From positions 68,375 through 132,374 of the forward strand of contig JBGSSJ010000014.1 in the NCBI GenBank assembly GCA_041737125.1: a DNA stretch of 64,000 nt, read 5' to 3'. The position numbers and the translations under genes were made by a program. Below, one piece after another: positions 19,032-29,243 of this stretch. Position 1 is the stretch's first letter. Each line of letters opens with the position of its first letter. Origin of the DNA: Minisyncoccia bacterium. GTDB lineage: Bacteria > Patescibacteriota > Minisyncoccia > Phycocordibacterales > UBA9973. The notes under the pieces are model-generated. The model searched no databases and had not been told where the DNA came from. It worked only from the letters and a program-made list of their open reading frames with translations.

Positions 19032-19655
19032 ATGGAACAATTAAGTATATACCTAGAGCAATTATTTTTCCTCGTATCTCCCACAGCTCGCATTGTGCTT
19101 ATATTCTTATCATCCTTCGTAGAAGGACTACCTATCATAGGCTCGATACTTCCTGGCGGAACTATTGCGCTTCTTGTAGGCACACTTGCAAAAGATGGCT
19201 TTATATCTATACCTCTCTCTATAGCTATGATAGGTATCGGAGGATTCCTGGGCGACATAACTGGTTACTTGATAGGCCGGCGCTTTAAGGATTCGAAGTG
19301 GCTCCATAAACTTGTTTTCCAAGAGAAGCATCAGACCAAGTGGGACGTCTTCGACAGGCACCTAGCTATTATTGTAATCTTCGGCAAGCTCATCCCTGTG
19401 GTTCGTTCTACTCCATCAATATTTGCAGGAGCTCGCAATATCCATGTAAGGAAATATTTATTCCTGAGCTTCATTGGGTCATTCATTTGGGCATTTTTTG
19501 GAGTATATGGGGGAGTATTACTTGCTAAATTCTTTGGCCCTTCAGCTGTGGGTATCATTATCGGCATACTTATAATTACTGGAATTATCGCGCTTATAGT
19601 GAACCGTAGAAAGAATAAGCGAAAATCAAAGAAGCAAGAGGAAATTATTAAATAG
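19032..19655 (+). CDS. DedA/VTT-family membrane protein
   Basis: DedA core GGFLGDITGYLIGRRF. Confidence 0.7.
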   Translation: MEQLSIYLEQLFFLVSPTARIVLIFLSSFVEGLPIIGSILPGGTIALLVGTLAKDGFISIPLSIAMIGIGGFLGDITGYLIGRRFKDSKWLHKLVFQEKHQTKWDVFDRHLAIIVIFGKLIPVVRSTPSIFAGARNIHVRKYLFLSFIGSFIWAFFGVYGGVLLAKFFGPSAVGIIIGILIITGIIALIVNRRKNKRKSKKQEEIIK

Positions 19656-19674
19656 ATAATTTTTTATTTTCTTA

Positions 19675-21528
19675 TTATTTAAATAAATATAGATACTTTT
19701 CATATCCTTGCGCTCTCATCTCTTCTTTTGGAATAAAGAGAAGTGATGCTGAATTAGTACAGAATCTGCGACCGCCTTCTGTAACTGGGCCGTCATTAAA
19801 TACATGTCCTACGTGTCCAGCGTCGCTACGTACTTCAGTACGGGTTGTGGACAAAGAATTATCCTCATGGAGTGTCACCGAGTCATCATCAATTGTTCTC
19901 CAGAAGCTCGGCCAACCAGTACCAGAGTCGTACTTATGCGTACTAGAAAAGAGGGGCTTTTTGGTAATGATATCTACATAAATTCCTTCTGCTTTATTGT
20001 CCCAATATTTGTTATTAAACGGAGATTCAGTACCATTTTCTGCGACGACGTGATACGCAAGCGGATCGAGATTCTTGAGCAGCAACGCTATCTCTTCTTC
20101 TGTATAGTCATAATCATTTTTTACTTCTTTTTTTAGAGAAGCAGTTTGTTCATCTTTTAGGAATTTGATCGCTGCATCTTTTGCCCATGTTTCTTCGACA
20201 AAGTCGGCTCTACCTGATCCTTTTTTGTATCTCTCGTAATGATCGGAAGCTTTTTTGTAATAGTCCTGATGATATTCTTCAGCTTTGAAGAAATGAGTAA
20301 ATGGTAAAATCTCTGTCGCTACAGGCTTTGCGAAAAGTTTACTTTTTTGAAGTCGTACTTTAGAATCTAACGCTACTTCTTTCTGTGTATTATTATGATA
20401 GAGGATTGCAGTAGTGTATTGGAATCCTTTATCTGCAAATTGACCTTCAGCGTTTGTAGGATCGATATGTGACCAGTAGATGTCTAGTATTTCTTCAGTG
20501 GAAATAATGGTAGGGTCATATGTTATCTGCACAGCCTCTCGGTGCATGGTAGTACCTTTTGAAACTTTGAGATATGTCGCATCTTGTTCCTTTCCGCCTG
20601 TATACCCGGAGACTGCATCTATGACACCTCCATTTTCTTGAAAATACGCTTCAGTACACCAGAAGCATCCACCAGCCAAAGTGATTGTTTCGTAGCCTTC
20701 AGTATTCACTACACTTTCTTTTACTAAAGATTCGTCTTCACGTATTTCTTTTGGTGCAAACTTTTCTATCAACTTATCTTCTAGTTGTATAGTTGCTCCG
20801 TATCCTGAATCGAGGATTAAGGTCTGAATCTTTTTGTCGTAGCCAGTGAGTATAAGAACACCGACGATAACAATAATTATTCCGAATACTCGTTTTATCT
20901 TTCCGGTTGATTGCATATGAGTATTTATTTTATTTATAATTTTTTGTCCGAAGTATGCAATAAGCAGTAGTGCAAGTGCAAGCCCAAATGTAAATCCGAG
21001 AAGATATATAATTCCAACAATAAAGCTTGCCGGTAGTGTGGTCGCAATGATGAATAGATATGTCGGAGAGCATGTCGTAAATACTGGCCCAAGTGCAAGA
21101 CCTATCAGCATATCACCCTTGTAACTTTTCTTTTGATATCCAGCCCCGACTACTTTATTGCTCGCTATACTAAGCTTCTCTACGAAAGGTATATTTGCCC
21201 AAAGTGATGGAAATACTATTGCCAAACCAACCAAGATGATAATTACCCCTGAAAAGCTAGTCCAGAATACTTGAGGAATGTTTATGAACAGTGTCGTCGC
21301 CTTCAGGAGAAGAGTGAACAGAATCACCGATAAAGAAAGTGATCCGATAACGGTAATTGCTCGCTTTGATATACGCTGTTCACCTGCCTCCGAAGCGCCA
21401 ATAACAATCGGAAGGAGTGGCAATATGCACGGAGCTACTACTGTGAATATTCCTGCTAGTACAGCTATAAGAAAGAAAATCATACTACTGTATTTGGGAA
21501 AGGAGGCTATCGAGACTTCCGCTTCCAC
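19675..21528 (-). CDS. msrAB: fusion protein: CcdA/DsbD-like thiol-disulfide transporter, peptide methionine sulfoxide reductase MsrA and MsrB (likely start at internal Met near 21483)
   Basis: CcdA Cys motifs APCILP and TTCSP; MsrA GGCFWC; MsrB HVGHVFNDGP and RFC. Confidence 0.85.
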   Translation of the reverse strand: MEAEVSIASFPKYSSMIFFLIAVLAGIFTVVAPCILPLLPIVIGASEAGEQRISKRAITVIGSLSLSVILFTLLLKATTLFINIPQVFWTSFSGVIIILVGLAIVFPSLWANIPFVEKLSIASNKVVGAGYQKKSYKGDMLIGLALGPVFTTCSPTYLFIIATTLPASFIVGIIYLLGFTFGLALALLLIAYFGQKIINKINTHMQSTGKIKRVFGIIIVIVGVLILTGYDKKIQTLILDSGYGATIQLEDKLIEKFAPKEIREDESLVKESVVNTEGYETITLAGGCFWCTEAYFQENGGVIDAVSGYTGGKEQDATYLKVSKGTTMHREAVQITYDPTIISTEEILDIYWSHIDPTNAEGQFADKGFQYTTAILYHNNTQKEVALDSKVRLQKSKLFAKPVATEILPFTHFFKAEEYHQDYYKKASDHYERYKKGSGRADFVEETWAKDAAIKFLKDEQTASLKKEVKNDYDYTEEEIALLLKNLDPLAYHVVAENGTESPFNNKYWDNKAEGIYVDIITKKPLFSSTHKYDSGTGWPSFWRTIDDDSVTLHEDNSLSTTRTEVRSDAGHVGHVFNDGPVTEGGRRFCTNSASLLFIPKEEMRAQGYEKYLYLFK

Positions 21529-22045
21529 TCCATTTCTTTATTAAATTGCCATTCTTATCAACTTGCACGAGTGTGTGTTGGTAGGTCACACCATATTTCT
21601 TCTTTAGCTCTGTTTCTTTATCATAGTCAGTTTTCAGAATAGTTACGTCTGCTGGAATCGACTTCGTATTACTTTCTATATTTGTATTCAGTCCACGACA
21701 TGAAGGACACCATGAAGCGTGGAAGAAGAGTACGACATCGCCATCTTCTGCACGAGCTATCTTCTCGGCACTATACGCCTCATATTTACCGACGTTCATC
21801 ACTGTGTCTTGGTTCTCTATCGTGCTTGTCTCATTCTTTTTCATCATGCTCTCGTTTGAAGTCACATCATCTTTCTCCATTACCACTTCATCTTTTTGCA
21901 TTACTGCTTTGTCTTCCATACTTTTCTGCTCCATAGCCTCTTTTGTGAGCGCATTATTCTCCTTATCATTCATTGATGCATATACACCTCCGACAATTAC
22001 TAACAATATGATAATCCCGATGATAACACTTGTGTTTTTATTCAT
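21485..22045 (-). CDS. membrane-anchored thioredoxin-like protein (TlpA/ResA-like)
   Basis: N-terminal TM segment and WCPSC active site; directly upstream of the CcdA-MsrAB gene. Confidence 0.75.
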   Translation of the reverse strand: MNKNTSVIIGIIILLVIVGGVYASMNDKENNALTKEAMEQKSMEDKAVMQKDEVVMEKDDVTSNESMMKKNETSTIENQDTVMNVGKYEAYSAEKIARAEDGDVVLFFHASWCPSCRGLNTNIESNTKSIPADVTILKTDYDKETELKKKYGVTYQHTLVQVDKNGNLIKKWSGSGSLDSLLSQIQ

Positions 22046-22145
22046 ACAATATATTCTTAAATTATTTATATGTATTTAGTATAAATAAAAGAAAAATAAA
22101 TGTAAAGTTTACTTTACATTTACTATGTGGATAACTTATAGAATA

Positions 22146-22550
22146 TTATAAATTCTTTTCACTCCAGTAGCGTGTAATGAATTTAACAACTACCATTCCG
22201 ATAAGAGCAACGACCAACCATGGATCTACTGTATGAGTGTAGCCTTGTACTATAATACCTATCATAAGTATTCCAGAACCAGCGAGGAACGCATTTCTCC
22301 CTGCTAGGGATTTGTGTTGGTGCTCTCTTTCATCAGTTGATTTCTCTTGAATAATATAACTCGCAAATATTCCAAATAGTGCTAATGCTGTGGCAAGCAT
22401 GCATATGACCATCATATCTGGCATCCAGAAATGAAAAGGATTAAGTAGTAGGATAGCGATTGCTATGAGAGCGGCAGTAACAATTGTTTCTTTTATATTA
22501 TTTTTCATATGATATTTTAAATATTTTTTCGACTGGCACCTTGAAGACAC
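22146..22550 (-). CDS. small membrane protein (DUF2178-like partner of an XRE regulator), hypothetical
   Basis: Four TM helices; overlaps the 3' end of the XRE gene (likely start at Met near 22511). Confidence 0.4.
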   Translation of the reverse strand: MSSRCQSKKYLKYHMKNNIKETIVTAALIAIAILLLNPFHFWMPDMMVICMLATALALFGIFASYIIQEKSTDEREHQHKSLAGRNAFLAGSGILMIGIIVQGYTHTVDPWLVVALIGMVVVKFITRYWSEKNL

Positions 22551-22710
22551 CAGCGATTTTTAGAGCTAGTAATATCGACGGGGTGTAATTCCCTTTTTCC
22601 AATGCGATAATAGTCTGTCTACTAACATTCACTTTGGAAGCTAGATCTTCTTGTGTTACACCCATATCAGACCTGTATTTAACTACTTCATTTTTTATCT
22701 TTTCTTGCAT
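22498..22710 (-). CDS. XRE-family helix-turn-helix transcriptional regulator
   Basis: GVTQEDLASKVNVSRQTIIALEKG HTH motif. Confidence 0.8.
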   Translation of the reverse strand: MQEKIKNEVVKYRSDMGVTQEDLASKVNVSRQTIIALEKGNYTPSILLALKIAGVFKVPVEKIFKISYEK

Positions 22711-22790
22711 ATGCTTATGTTAAGTTGATTATACATAGAATAAATAACAATGCAAAATAATTCTCTTTTTGAGATCAGAGTATCTATTAA

Positions 22791-23813
22791 TCAAAACCCC
22801 ATAAGATAATTTTTCACATTTTCTATTGATTGCATTTTGTTCTTCTTGTGGAAAATAGGGAATTTCGTATATGCGATAAATATTAGGAAGTTCTTTAAGA
22901 CCGCTCTGTCATAGATACCACGATCAGCACTGAAGTAGCCCTCGATTATCTGCTCGGATACTCTTGGATCTGCATACTGATCAAGAGTCTGGATTATGCT
23001 TTTGCTCAAGTCTATATATGGATGATTAACTACGCATACTGGATCAAATACTGTAATAGGACCAGTGTTGAATATATTATACGGAGAGAAGTCGAAGTGA
23101 CAGTAAGTACTTCTATTATCTTTATCTACATAGTTAACCATGGTATTTATAATCTCATCGATTGAGCCATAGACTTCTATAGGTAGCAGATTGTGCTCTT
23201 TTACATATGCCTTTTGATTGTTCACATATTTATCATGAGTAAGCCAGTCACTAAATGTCGCATATTTTGCTACTTCATCCTCTGTCCATAGTCCGAAGCC
23301 TTGTGCCTCGAGATTGTGCATTTTCCGCAGTGTTTGCCCCATAGAGAAGAATATATTCTTCTCTATAAGTTCTTCCTCTGTGTATGCTTGTGCGAGAGTA
23401 TCCGCCTCGATGTATTCCATCAGTGTATAGTTATATCCATCTATCTTACCGTATTCATATATATGAGGAACTTTTATGATACTTGCCCACTTCTTTAGAA
23501 AGCTTGCTTCCATGTTTGTATCACTCGGACGGAGCTTCATTTTCAAGATATATTTATCTGAATCTGTACTAAGTAATGCGACGAGCGAAGACACTCCTCC
23601 GGTAGGGAACGATACTGATACATTTTTGTTTTGGAATAATGGGTTACTCTCGATAAAGCCCTCTATCTTTGGGGCGAGTATAACTCTTACTTCATTGAGC
23701 TCTTTGTCTGTAATGTGCCCTGAGAGTTTCGGTTGATTCAAAAATGTCACAGTGGATGTATTTGCCATAAGGTTAATTATATACAAAAATATTGTATTTG
23801 TATAAACCCTCAA
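22791..23813 (-). CDS. aminoglycoside/choline kinase-like phosphotransferase (APH family)
   Basis: Brenner motif HFDFSPYNIF (HxDxxxxN) and downstream FDP. Confidence 0.6.
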   Translation of the reverse strand: MRVYTNTIFLYIINLMANTSTVTFLNQPKLSGHITDKELNEVRVILAPKIEGFIESNPLFQNKNVSVSFPTGGVSSLVALLSTDSDKYILKMKLRPSDTNMEASFLKKWASIIKVPHIYEYGKIDGYNYTLMEYIEADTLAQAYTEEELIEKNIFFSMGQTLRKMHNLEAQGFGLWTEDEVAKYATFSDWLTHDKYVNNQKAYVKEHNLLPIEVYGSIDEIINTMVNYVDKDNRSTYCHFDFSPYNIFNTGPITVFDPVCVVNHPYIDLSKSIIQTLDQYADPRVSEQIIEGYFSADRGIYDRAVLKNFLIFIAYTKFPIFHKKNKMQSIENVKNYLMGF

Positions 23814-23919
23814 TATAAATCATATGGTTCCAAGAGGAATTTTTTCGTCTTATTTGAGTAATAAAAAAAGCACCAAATACTTTGTGTACTGGTGCTTCCA
23901 TGTTTTCTTGGTTGCGACG

Positions 23920-24264
23920 CTATGCGTTATTTTGTTTTTCGATGTCCGTTAGCTTCGATATTCTAGGATGAAAAACTTTTCTTAAAATAGCATAAAGCTC
24001 TTCAAGGGTTATTTCCGTTAAGTCAAAACGAAAATCGTCGGGGTCACATTCATCGTAATCAATAAGAATCCTAAAAAGTTTTTCAAGTTTCTCTATGAGA
24101 TGAAAGGATTCAAATTGTATTTGAATTCTAGATCTAGGGTCATGAGCTTCAGGTTGGAATATCGTTAACTGATATTTTTTTCTGTATACACTAAATATGT
24201 CCGTTACGCGTTTTTCCTTTTCTGTCAACTCCCGGTCGACGAGAAAGATAGTTAAATCTTCCAT
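23920..24264 (-). CDS. hypothetical protein
   Basis: ORF only. Confidence 0.35.
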   Translation of the reverse strand: MEDLTIFLVDRELTEKEKRVTDIFSVYRKKYQLTIFQPEAHDPRSRIQIQFESFHLIEKLEKLFRILIDYDECDPDDFRFDLTEITLEELYAILRKVFHPRISKLTDIEKQNNA

Positions 24265-24372
24265 ATTTTTTGATTTTATGTTTTAGAATAACAATACAAT
24301 TAGGAATACCTTATAACATATATAGTTCAATGTCAATTTTTTCATAATACAGATTCTTTTCAGTATCTATCA

Positions 24373-25062
24373 ATGCTGTCCAAAAAGCGAAAATGTAGTA
24401 CAATTTACCCATTCATGGACTTTCAGGTATCGGCACAATTTCTTTCTGCTTTTCCTCCCGCATTTATATATGTAGGGGTCCTTGTCGCTGGATTCTTGTC
24501 GAACATGGTAATTCCTGTTCCGGAGGAAATTGTGTTCATAGGGCTTGGCTACCTGGTAGGGAGTGGAAGTCTGGCATACTTGCCTACAGTACTATTTATT
24601 ATCCTCGGATTACTTTTCAACGATGCACTACTGTACTACTTGGCACGAAAGGGGAACAAATTTACCCGCTCCATATACAATAGACTTTTTGCTGATATTC
24701 TTCCGCTTGATTCTCCATTCCTACACAGGCATTTACGTACAGTTATCATATCCTCACGCTTTCTCATGCAGTTCCGATTTCTTGGGCCGTTCTTTGCAGG
24801 GACGCTCCATGTGCCGCTGAAGACATTTTTAAAATGGGATTTGATTGCACTCATAGTGTATGTGCCACTTTTCGTAGGGCTTGGTGCATTCTTCCAATCG
24901 CGAGTAGAGCGCGTCATCGGCGGGCTTGGAAGCTTTCATAATATCCTCTTCATTTTCGTGGGATTAATTGTGGTTATTGCACTCCTCAAATATATCAAGA
25001 AGTTTGCATTTAGGATGTATAAAAAGGTGAGAGACGAAGAGGGTATACGAAACGATTTGTAA
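24373..25062 (+). CDS. DedA-like membrane protein
   Basis: IPVPEEIVFIGLGYLVGSG motif and multiple TM segments. Confidence 0.45.
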   Translation: MLSKKRKCSTIYPFMDFQVSAQFLSAFPPAFIYVGVLVAGFLSNMVIPVPEEIVFIGLGYLVGSGSLAYLPTVLFIILGLLFNDALLYYLARKGNKFTRSIYNRLFADILPLDSPFLHRHLRTVIISSRFLMQFRFLGPFFAGTLHVPLKTFLKWDLIALIVYVPLFVGLGAFFQSRVERVIGGLGSFHNILFIFVGLIVVIALLKYIKKFAFRMYKKVRDEEGIRNDL

Positions 25063-25203
25063 ACTTAGATTAGCGAGGACTGCCTTAGCCATTTTGAAAT
25101 TATAAATTACTTTACATTTTTTTATTCTACTGTTACTCTTTAAGTAAGTACCGTCGGAAAAACAAAAAAACACGCTACCGTCTTATGATGGGAAACGTGT
25201 TTT

Positions 25204-25536
25204 TTATTTTAGTGGTTCGAATTCGAATGCTATAATTTTTACTTCGGTATCTTCGTTTACTTTGTCGCCGTAAAAGTTCCTATAATTCGCATACATCGCT
25301 TCGTTAGAAGGGAACTTCTCATGACCTACCCAGTCCTCATCTGTTAGTGTGCCGAGTGTCTTCGTGTGTAGGGAAGTGATAACTGCGGTGCCGAATGGCT
25401 CTAGTGTTGCTTTATTTATAAAAGTTAATTCGTCTCCCACTTTCAAATCCTTATCGTCGAACAGCCTCCAGGTTATCGTCTTCTCTCCTTGGAGTATCAT
25501 TTGCGCTAGGCTTGGCATAAATTTGAGGGATTTCAT
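25204..25536 (-). CDS. ASCH-domain (PUA-like) protein
   Basis: MILQGEKTITWR motif. Confidence 0.6.
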   Translation of the reverse strand: MKSLKFMPSLAQMILQGEKTITWRLFDDKDLKVGDELTFINKATLEPFGTAVITSLHTKTLGTLTDEDWVGHEKFPSNEAMYANYRNFYGDKVNEDTEVKIIAFEFEPLK

Positions 25537-25655
25537 GTTTTTTATTATAGCAAAAAAATAAAGACTAGCTAGTCATAGATAGTCATTACCCGAGCCATAT
25601 CTTGACAAGTTGGTATTTATTTGTTAGTGTAAGACGAATTAAAAAAATCAAATCA

Positions 25656-25829
25656 ATGAAGCAAATCAAAAAATTTGTAGCAGCAGTAGTACTTTTGTCG
25701 TTCTTATCTTTGAGCGAAAAATCGTTCGCGACCGAGCCGGTGAAGGTGCCACCACCTCCACCGCAAAAGTCAGAGCCACAGCCAAAGCCAGGTCGTGGGC
25801 GAACAATCATACCCATAATAGTGGTTTAA
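25656..25829 (+). CDS. small secreted proline-rich peptide, hypothetical
   Basis: Signal-peptide-like MKQIKKFVAAVVLLSFLSLS followed by a PPPPPQKSEPQPKP tract; terminator downstream. Confidence 0.3.
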   Translation: MKQIKKFVAAVVLLSFLSLSEKSFATEPVKVPPPPPQKSEPQPKPGRGRTIIPIIVV

Positions 25830-25879
25830 ACCATATATGGTGTTTGGACTTTGGAAATATCCTAAGGTCAAAAAATTAG

Positions 25880-25912
25880 TATAAATAGCAGGCATCTTTA
25901 TGATGTCTGCCT
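25880..25912 (+). terminator. rho-independent terminator
   Basis: GCAGGCATC-tttatg-ATGTCTGCC hairpin followed by TTTTTTT. Confidence 0.6.
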
Positions 25913-26142
25913 ATTTTTTTATTATTTTTCTTAGATTATATTAAAACTAATTATTTGGAACGTTCTTCCTTTAACCTCGATTTAATTATCTTGGTTATGA
26001 GGGGAAGTGGGAGAGATTTGTCGTAAGGGAACCTGATGCACCCCTTGGAGAAACTGATTCCTTTTTTCGTAAGTTCGTTCTCGAAAGGCTTTATTCTGGA
26101 CGAGAGTAGTAAGGATGGTACTTGCTACTCATTCGCTAGTTG

Positions 26143-26180
26143 AATTAAAAAAGGCACCTCAAGATTGCTCTCAAGGTGCC
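26143..26180 (-). terminator. terminator of the Na+/H+ antiporter gene
   Basis: GGCACCT..AGGTGCC stem followed by a T-run on the minus strand. Confidence 0.5.
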
Positions 26181-26188
26181 ATATAAAA

Positions 26189-27490
26189 TTAAATCCTTTT
26201 CTTCCTACCCAAAAAATAGGCAAGAATAGGTGGAGTCAGAAGTGTCGTCATAATGACCATTATGACGATAACCGAAAATAGGTTATCGTTCAGCACCCCC
26301 AATTCTCTACCTGCTGTGGCGAAGATAAGACCCACTTCTCCGCGGGGAACCATTCCGAACCCGATAATATTCTTATCGAGCCCTTTAGTCCCCAATGAGG
26401 AAACATATTTGCCGATAAAGGCAAATAGGGTTACCACTAGTGCGACAAGTAGGACCTGTGGGTCAAATAAGACCCGTAAATCTACCTGTAACCCAGTGTA
26501 GACGAAGAATACAGGGACAATAAAGTGCCCGATGGGCTCGATCAGTTTATCGACATGTTCCTCCTTCGCTTTCTCTCTTTCGTTTTTAAAGAAAGTTCTG
26601 AAGTGCACGGGATCAAGCACAAGTCCCGCAGCGAATGCCCCTATTATCGGATCTAAGCCAATCCATCCAGCAATTGCTGAGTAAATAAAGCATAAGGTCA
26701 GACATAAGGTTACCCTCGACCCTAGTCCGTCGTGCATTCTAGAAAAGATTGACCCCAAGTATGGCGCAGCTTTTGTGCCTAGGTATATTGATCCTACTAG
26801 GAACAATAACGCCTTGCCCGTGATAAGTGCTACTGTCATAGGACTTACTGTTCCCAATGTCACAATCGCCGAAACAACGGCGAGTATGATGAGTCCAAAG
26901 ACGTCATCAATAACCGCAGCCCCCAATACAATTTTAGCTTCTTTTGTATTGAGCTTCCCGAAGTCTTTAAAGACCCGAGATGTTATCCCCACTGAAGTTG
27001 CCGTTAAAGCAGCCCCAAGGAATAAATGGGTTTCAAACCTAGACCCTGGGAAGAGCCATGGGCCTGCAACCCAGGTACCCAACACGAAGGGGACTATTAC
27101 CCCTACAGTGGCCACTTTAAAGGCGCTACCACCAACCTTCCTCATTTCTCCCAGGTTAGACTCAAGTCCAACTTGGAACAGTAGGATTAACAGACCCACT
27201 TGTCCTAGAAAGGACACATATTGATCTTCTTTTATTCCTTCGAAGAAAGATAGACCCACTAATCCTAGATTCCCCAGAAGTACCCCTATAAGGAGCTCTC
27301 CTAAGACTCCTGGTTGTTTGAACTTTTCGACTAACCTGCCAATTATGGCAAGCAGCAGTATCAAACCGATCCAAAAGAATGTCTGGGTAGGGCCATGCCC
27401 TCCACCCTCATTACCTCCATTCGCAAATGTTTGCGATGAAGTAACAAGTAAACATGCGGTGGCCAGTATGGCCGTTTTTTTATTCTTCAC
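26189..27490 (-). CDS. cation:proton antiporter (Na+/H+ exchanger family)
   Basis: 10-12 TM helices, N-terminal signal-like segment, typical CPA composition. Confidence 0.75.
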   Translation of the reverse strand: MKNKKTAILATACLLVTSSQTFANGGNEGGGHGPTQTFFWIGLILLLAIIGRLVEKFKQPGVLGELLIGVLLGNLGLVGLSFFEGIKEDQYVSFLGQVGLLILLFQVGLESNLGEMRKVGGSAFKVATVGVIVPFVLGTWVAGPWLFPGSRFETHLFLGAALTATSVGITSRVFKDFGKLNTKEAKIVLGAAVIDDVFGLIILAVVSAIVTLGTVSPMTVALITGKALLFLVGSIYLGTKAAPYLGSIFSRMHDGLGSRVTLCLTLCFIYSAIAGWIGLDPIIGAFAAGLVLDPVHFRTFFKNEREKAKEEHVDKLIEPIGHFIVPVFFVYTGLQVDLRVLFDPQVLLVALVVTLFAFIGKYVSSLGTKGLDKNIIGFGMVPRGEVGLIFATAGRELGVLNDNLFSVIVIMVIMTTLLTPPILAYFLGRKKRI

Positions 27491-27672
27491 TATCCCAGCC
27501 CTCCTAGGCCGTTATTATTGGTTTTTTAAAATCAAATTCAGGCTAATATAAACATATTTTTCTACAAAAGTCGAGAAAAGGTTCTATTGGGTAGCAAGGA
27601 CTGTACTTGTTAGTTATGTTTGACTTTAAGGGTTTTATAATGTAGTTTAACTATAAACAAAGGAGGTTTTTA

Positions 27673-28059
27673 TTGAAACAAAAATTATTACAAATCGGAC
27701 GCTTCCTTATTGGTGGACACACTGCTGTACTTATTTACTATGCAATTCTGTACTTCCTTACGGAACACATGAGGGTCTGGTATCTATTGTCATCGGTCAT
27801 AGGCTTTTTGGGTTATGTAGGAATAAATTTCTACATCCAAAAAAACTGGGTTTTCAAGAATAGTGAGAAGGGAATGAAAACAAAGGCACAGATTATAAGA
27901 TACTTTATAATGATGATTATTTTCTTCGTTGTGAATACTATTCTTATGTATTTACTTGTTGAAGGTCTTCATTTGAAGTATTTACTTGCCCAAGTTTTCC
28001 TCACTATTTTTTTAAGCGCGATAAGTTTCGTGCTTACCAAGAAGATCTTAAGCAAATGA
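27673..28059 (+). CDS. GtrA-family polysaccharide-biosynthesis membrane protein
   Basis: Four TM helices and GtrA-like FLIGGHTAVLIYYAILYFL. Confidence 0.65.
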   Translation: MKQKLLQIGRFLIGGHTAVLIYYAILYFLTEHMRVWYLLSSVIGFLGYVGINFYIQKNWVFKNSEKGMKTKAQIIRYFIMMIIFFVVNTILMYLLVEGLHLKYLLAQVFLTIFLSAISFVLTKKILSK

Positions 28060-28424
28060 ATCACATACGTAACCCGCGTGTGATTTTTTTATTGAATTTA
28101 AAGTTTAGGAAAATCTTCTTCAGGTAAAGGCAAAGAATTATTTATTCTAAATGAAATAAATCTATCAATAATCATCCAGCTTCTTTTAAGTATTCCTCTC
28201 CTCTCTTCGCCACTTAATAGAATACCTATATGTCCATGTCTAATTTTTTTCATTTCGTCTGAATAAATTATTTGAATGAAATCGTCAGTTATCCTTAATG
28301 TTTCTTTAAATTTTATCCACGCTTTTTCTTCTTTTTCATATGGATATAATGAATTTCTTAGCCTTTCAATAGCCCGATGACATCCCGATATATCAGTAGT
28401 GCCGTCTCTTAAATTAGGGACTAT

Positions 28425-28859
28425 TTAAGATATTGATAAAAAAAGCTGAGGTTCTTTCCTTACCAAGTTAAGTGCTAAGTGAAAACCGCTTGTATTTTCA
28501 ATAGAGAAAGATTTACAACTATCTTTTAAATACCCATTTTTTGAAAAATTACATTCTATGTTATTTGGAGTGATTACTCTATTTAAAAAAACATCAAAAT
28601 AAATACCAAGAGAAAAACTATATAGCTGAACAATTGTACGTACAAAATCTGAAGCATAATCCAAATAATAGCCTAAATTTTCTTCTTTATATAGATCGAT
28701 TTCACAGCGAACTGTTACAATAGAATTTTCTATGCTTATCAAATAACTAATTGTTTGATTAATTGGTTGAATTGTATAAATTATTTTTGGTATTTCTTTT
28801 ACAATTAAAATTTTTTCATCATTAGGGAATATTCGTCCTGTAAATTTGAATGTTTGCAT
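28425..28859 (-). CDS. hypothetical protein (last gene of the LexA-headed operon)
   Basis: ORF only; co-directional with the upstream defense-like genes. Confidence 0.3.
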   Translation of the reverse strand: MQTFKFTGRIFPNDEKILIVKEIPKIIYTIQPINQTISYLISIENSIVTVRCEIDLYKEENLGYYLDYASDFVRTIVQLYSFSLGIYFDVFLNRVITPNNIECNFSKNGYLKDSCKSFSIENTSGFHLALNLVRKEPQLFLSIS

Positions 28860-29015
28860 GTTTATTGTGAATTAAGATAACATCCTCCAGATTCCTTTTC
28901 TTATTGCTAATTTTATATACAAAGCTGGCGTCTTTGAGCCAGAACGGTGCTCGGTCAAGCCCTGCAAGGACATTTTCAATACTTTTAGACCATGATTTCG
29001 ACGATCTTTGAGCAC

Positions 29016-29207
29016 CTATAAAGTTACCTCGTTTCCATGTCCGTCTAACACCACTCCTTTTGGAAGCTTATACAGATCAGGGTTCTGCTTCTTATCCATT
29101 TTGATCAGCAGATCAAACAGACCAACGACTCTATCTCGTTCTTCCTCAGTCCAGTTATTAGGATTTTTCTTATCTTCTTGATTCATAAAAAGTGACAAAA
29201 GTGACAC
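29016..29207 (-). CDS. hypothetical small protein
   Basis: ORF only. Confidence 0.2.
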   Translation of the reverse strand: MSLLSLFMNQEDKKNPNNWTEEERDRVVGLFDLLIKMDKKQNPDLYKLPKGVVLDGHGNEVTL

Positions 29208-29243
29208 GGATTAGGCTTATAAAATTACAGTCATGTGTCACTT

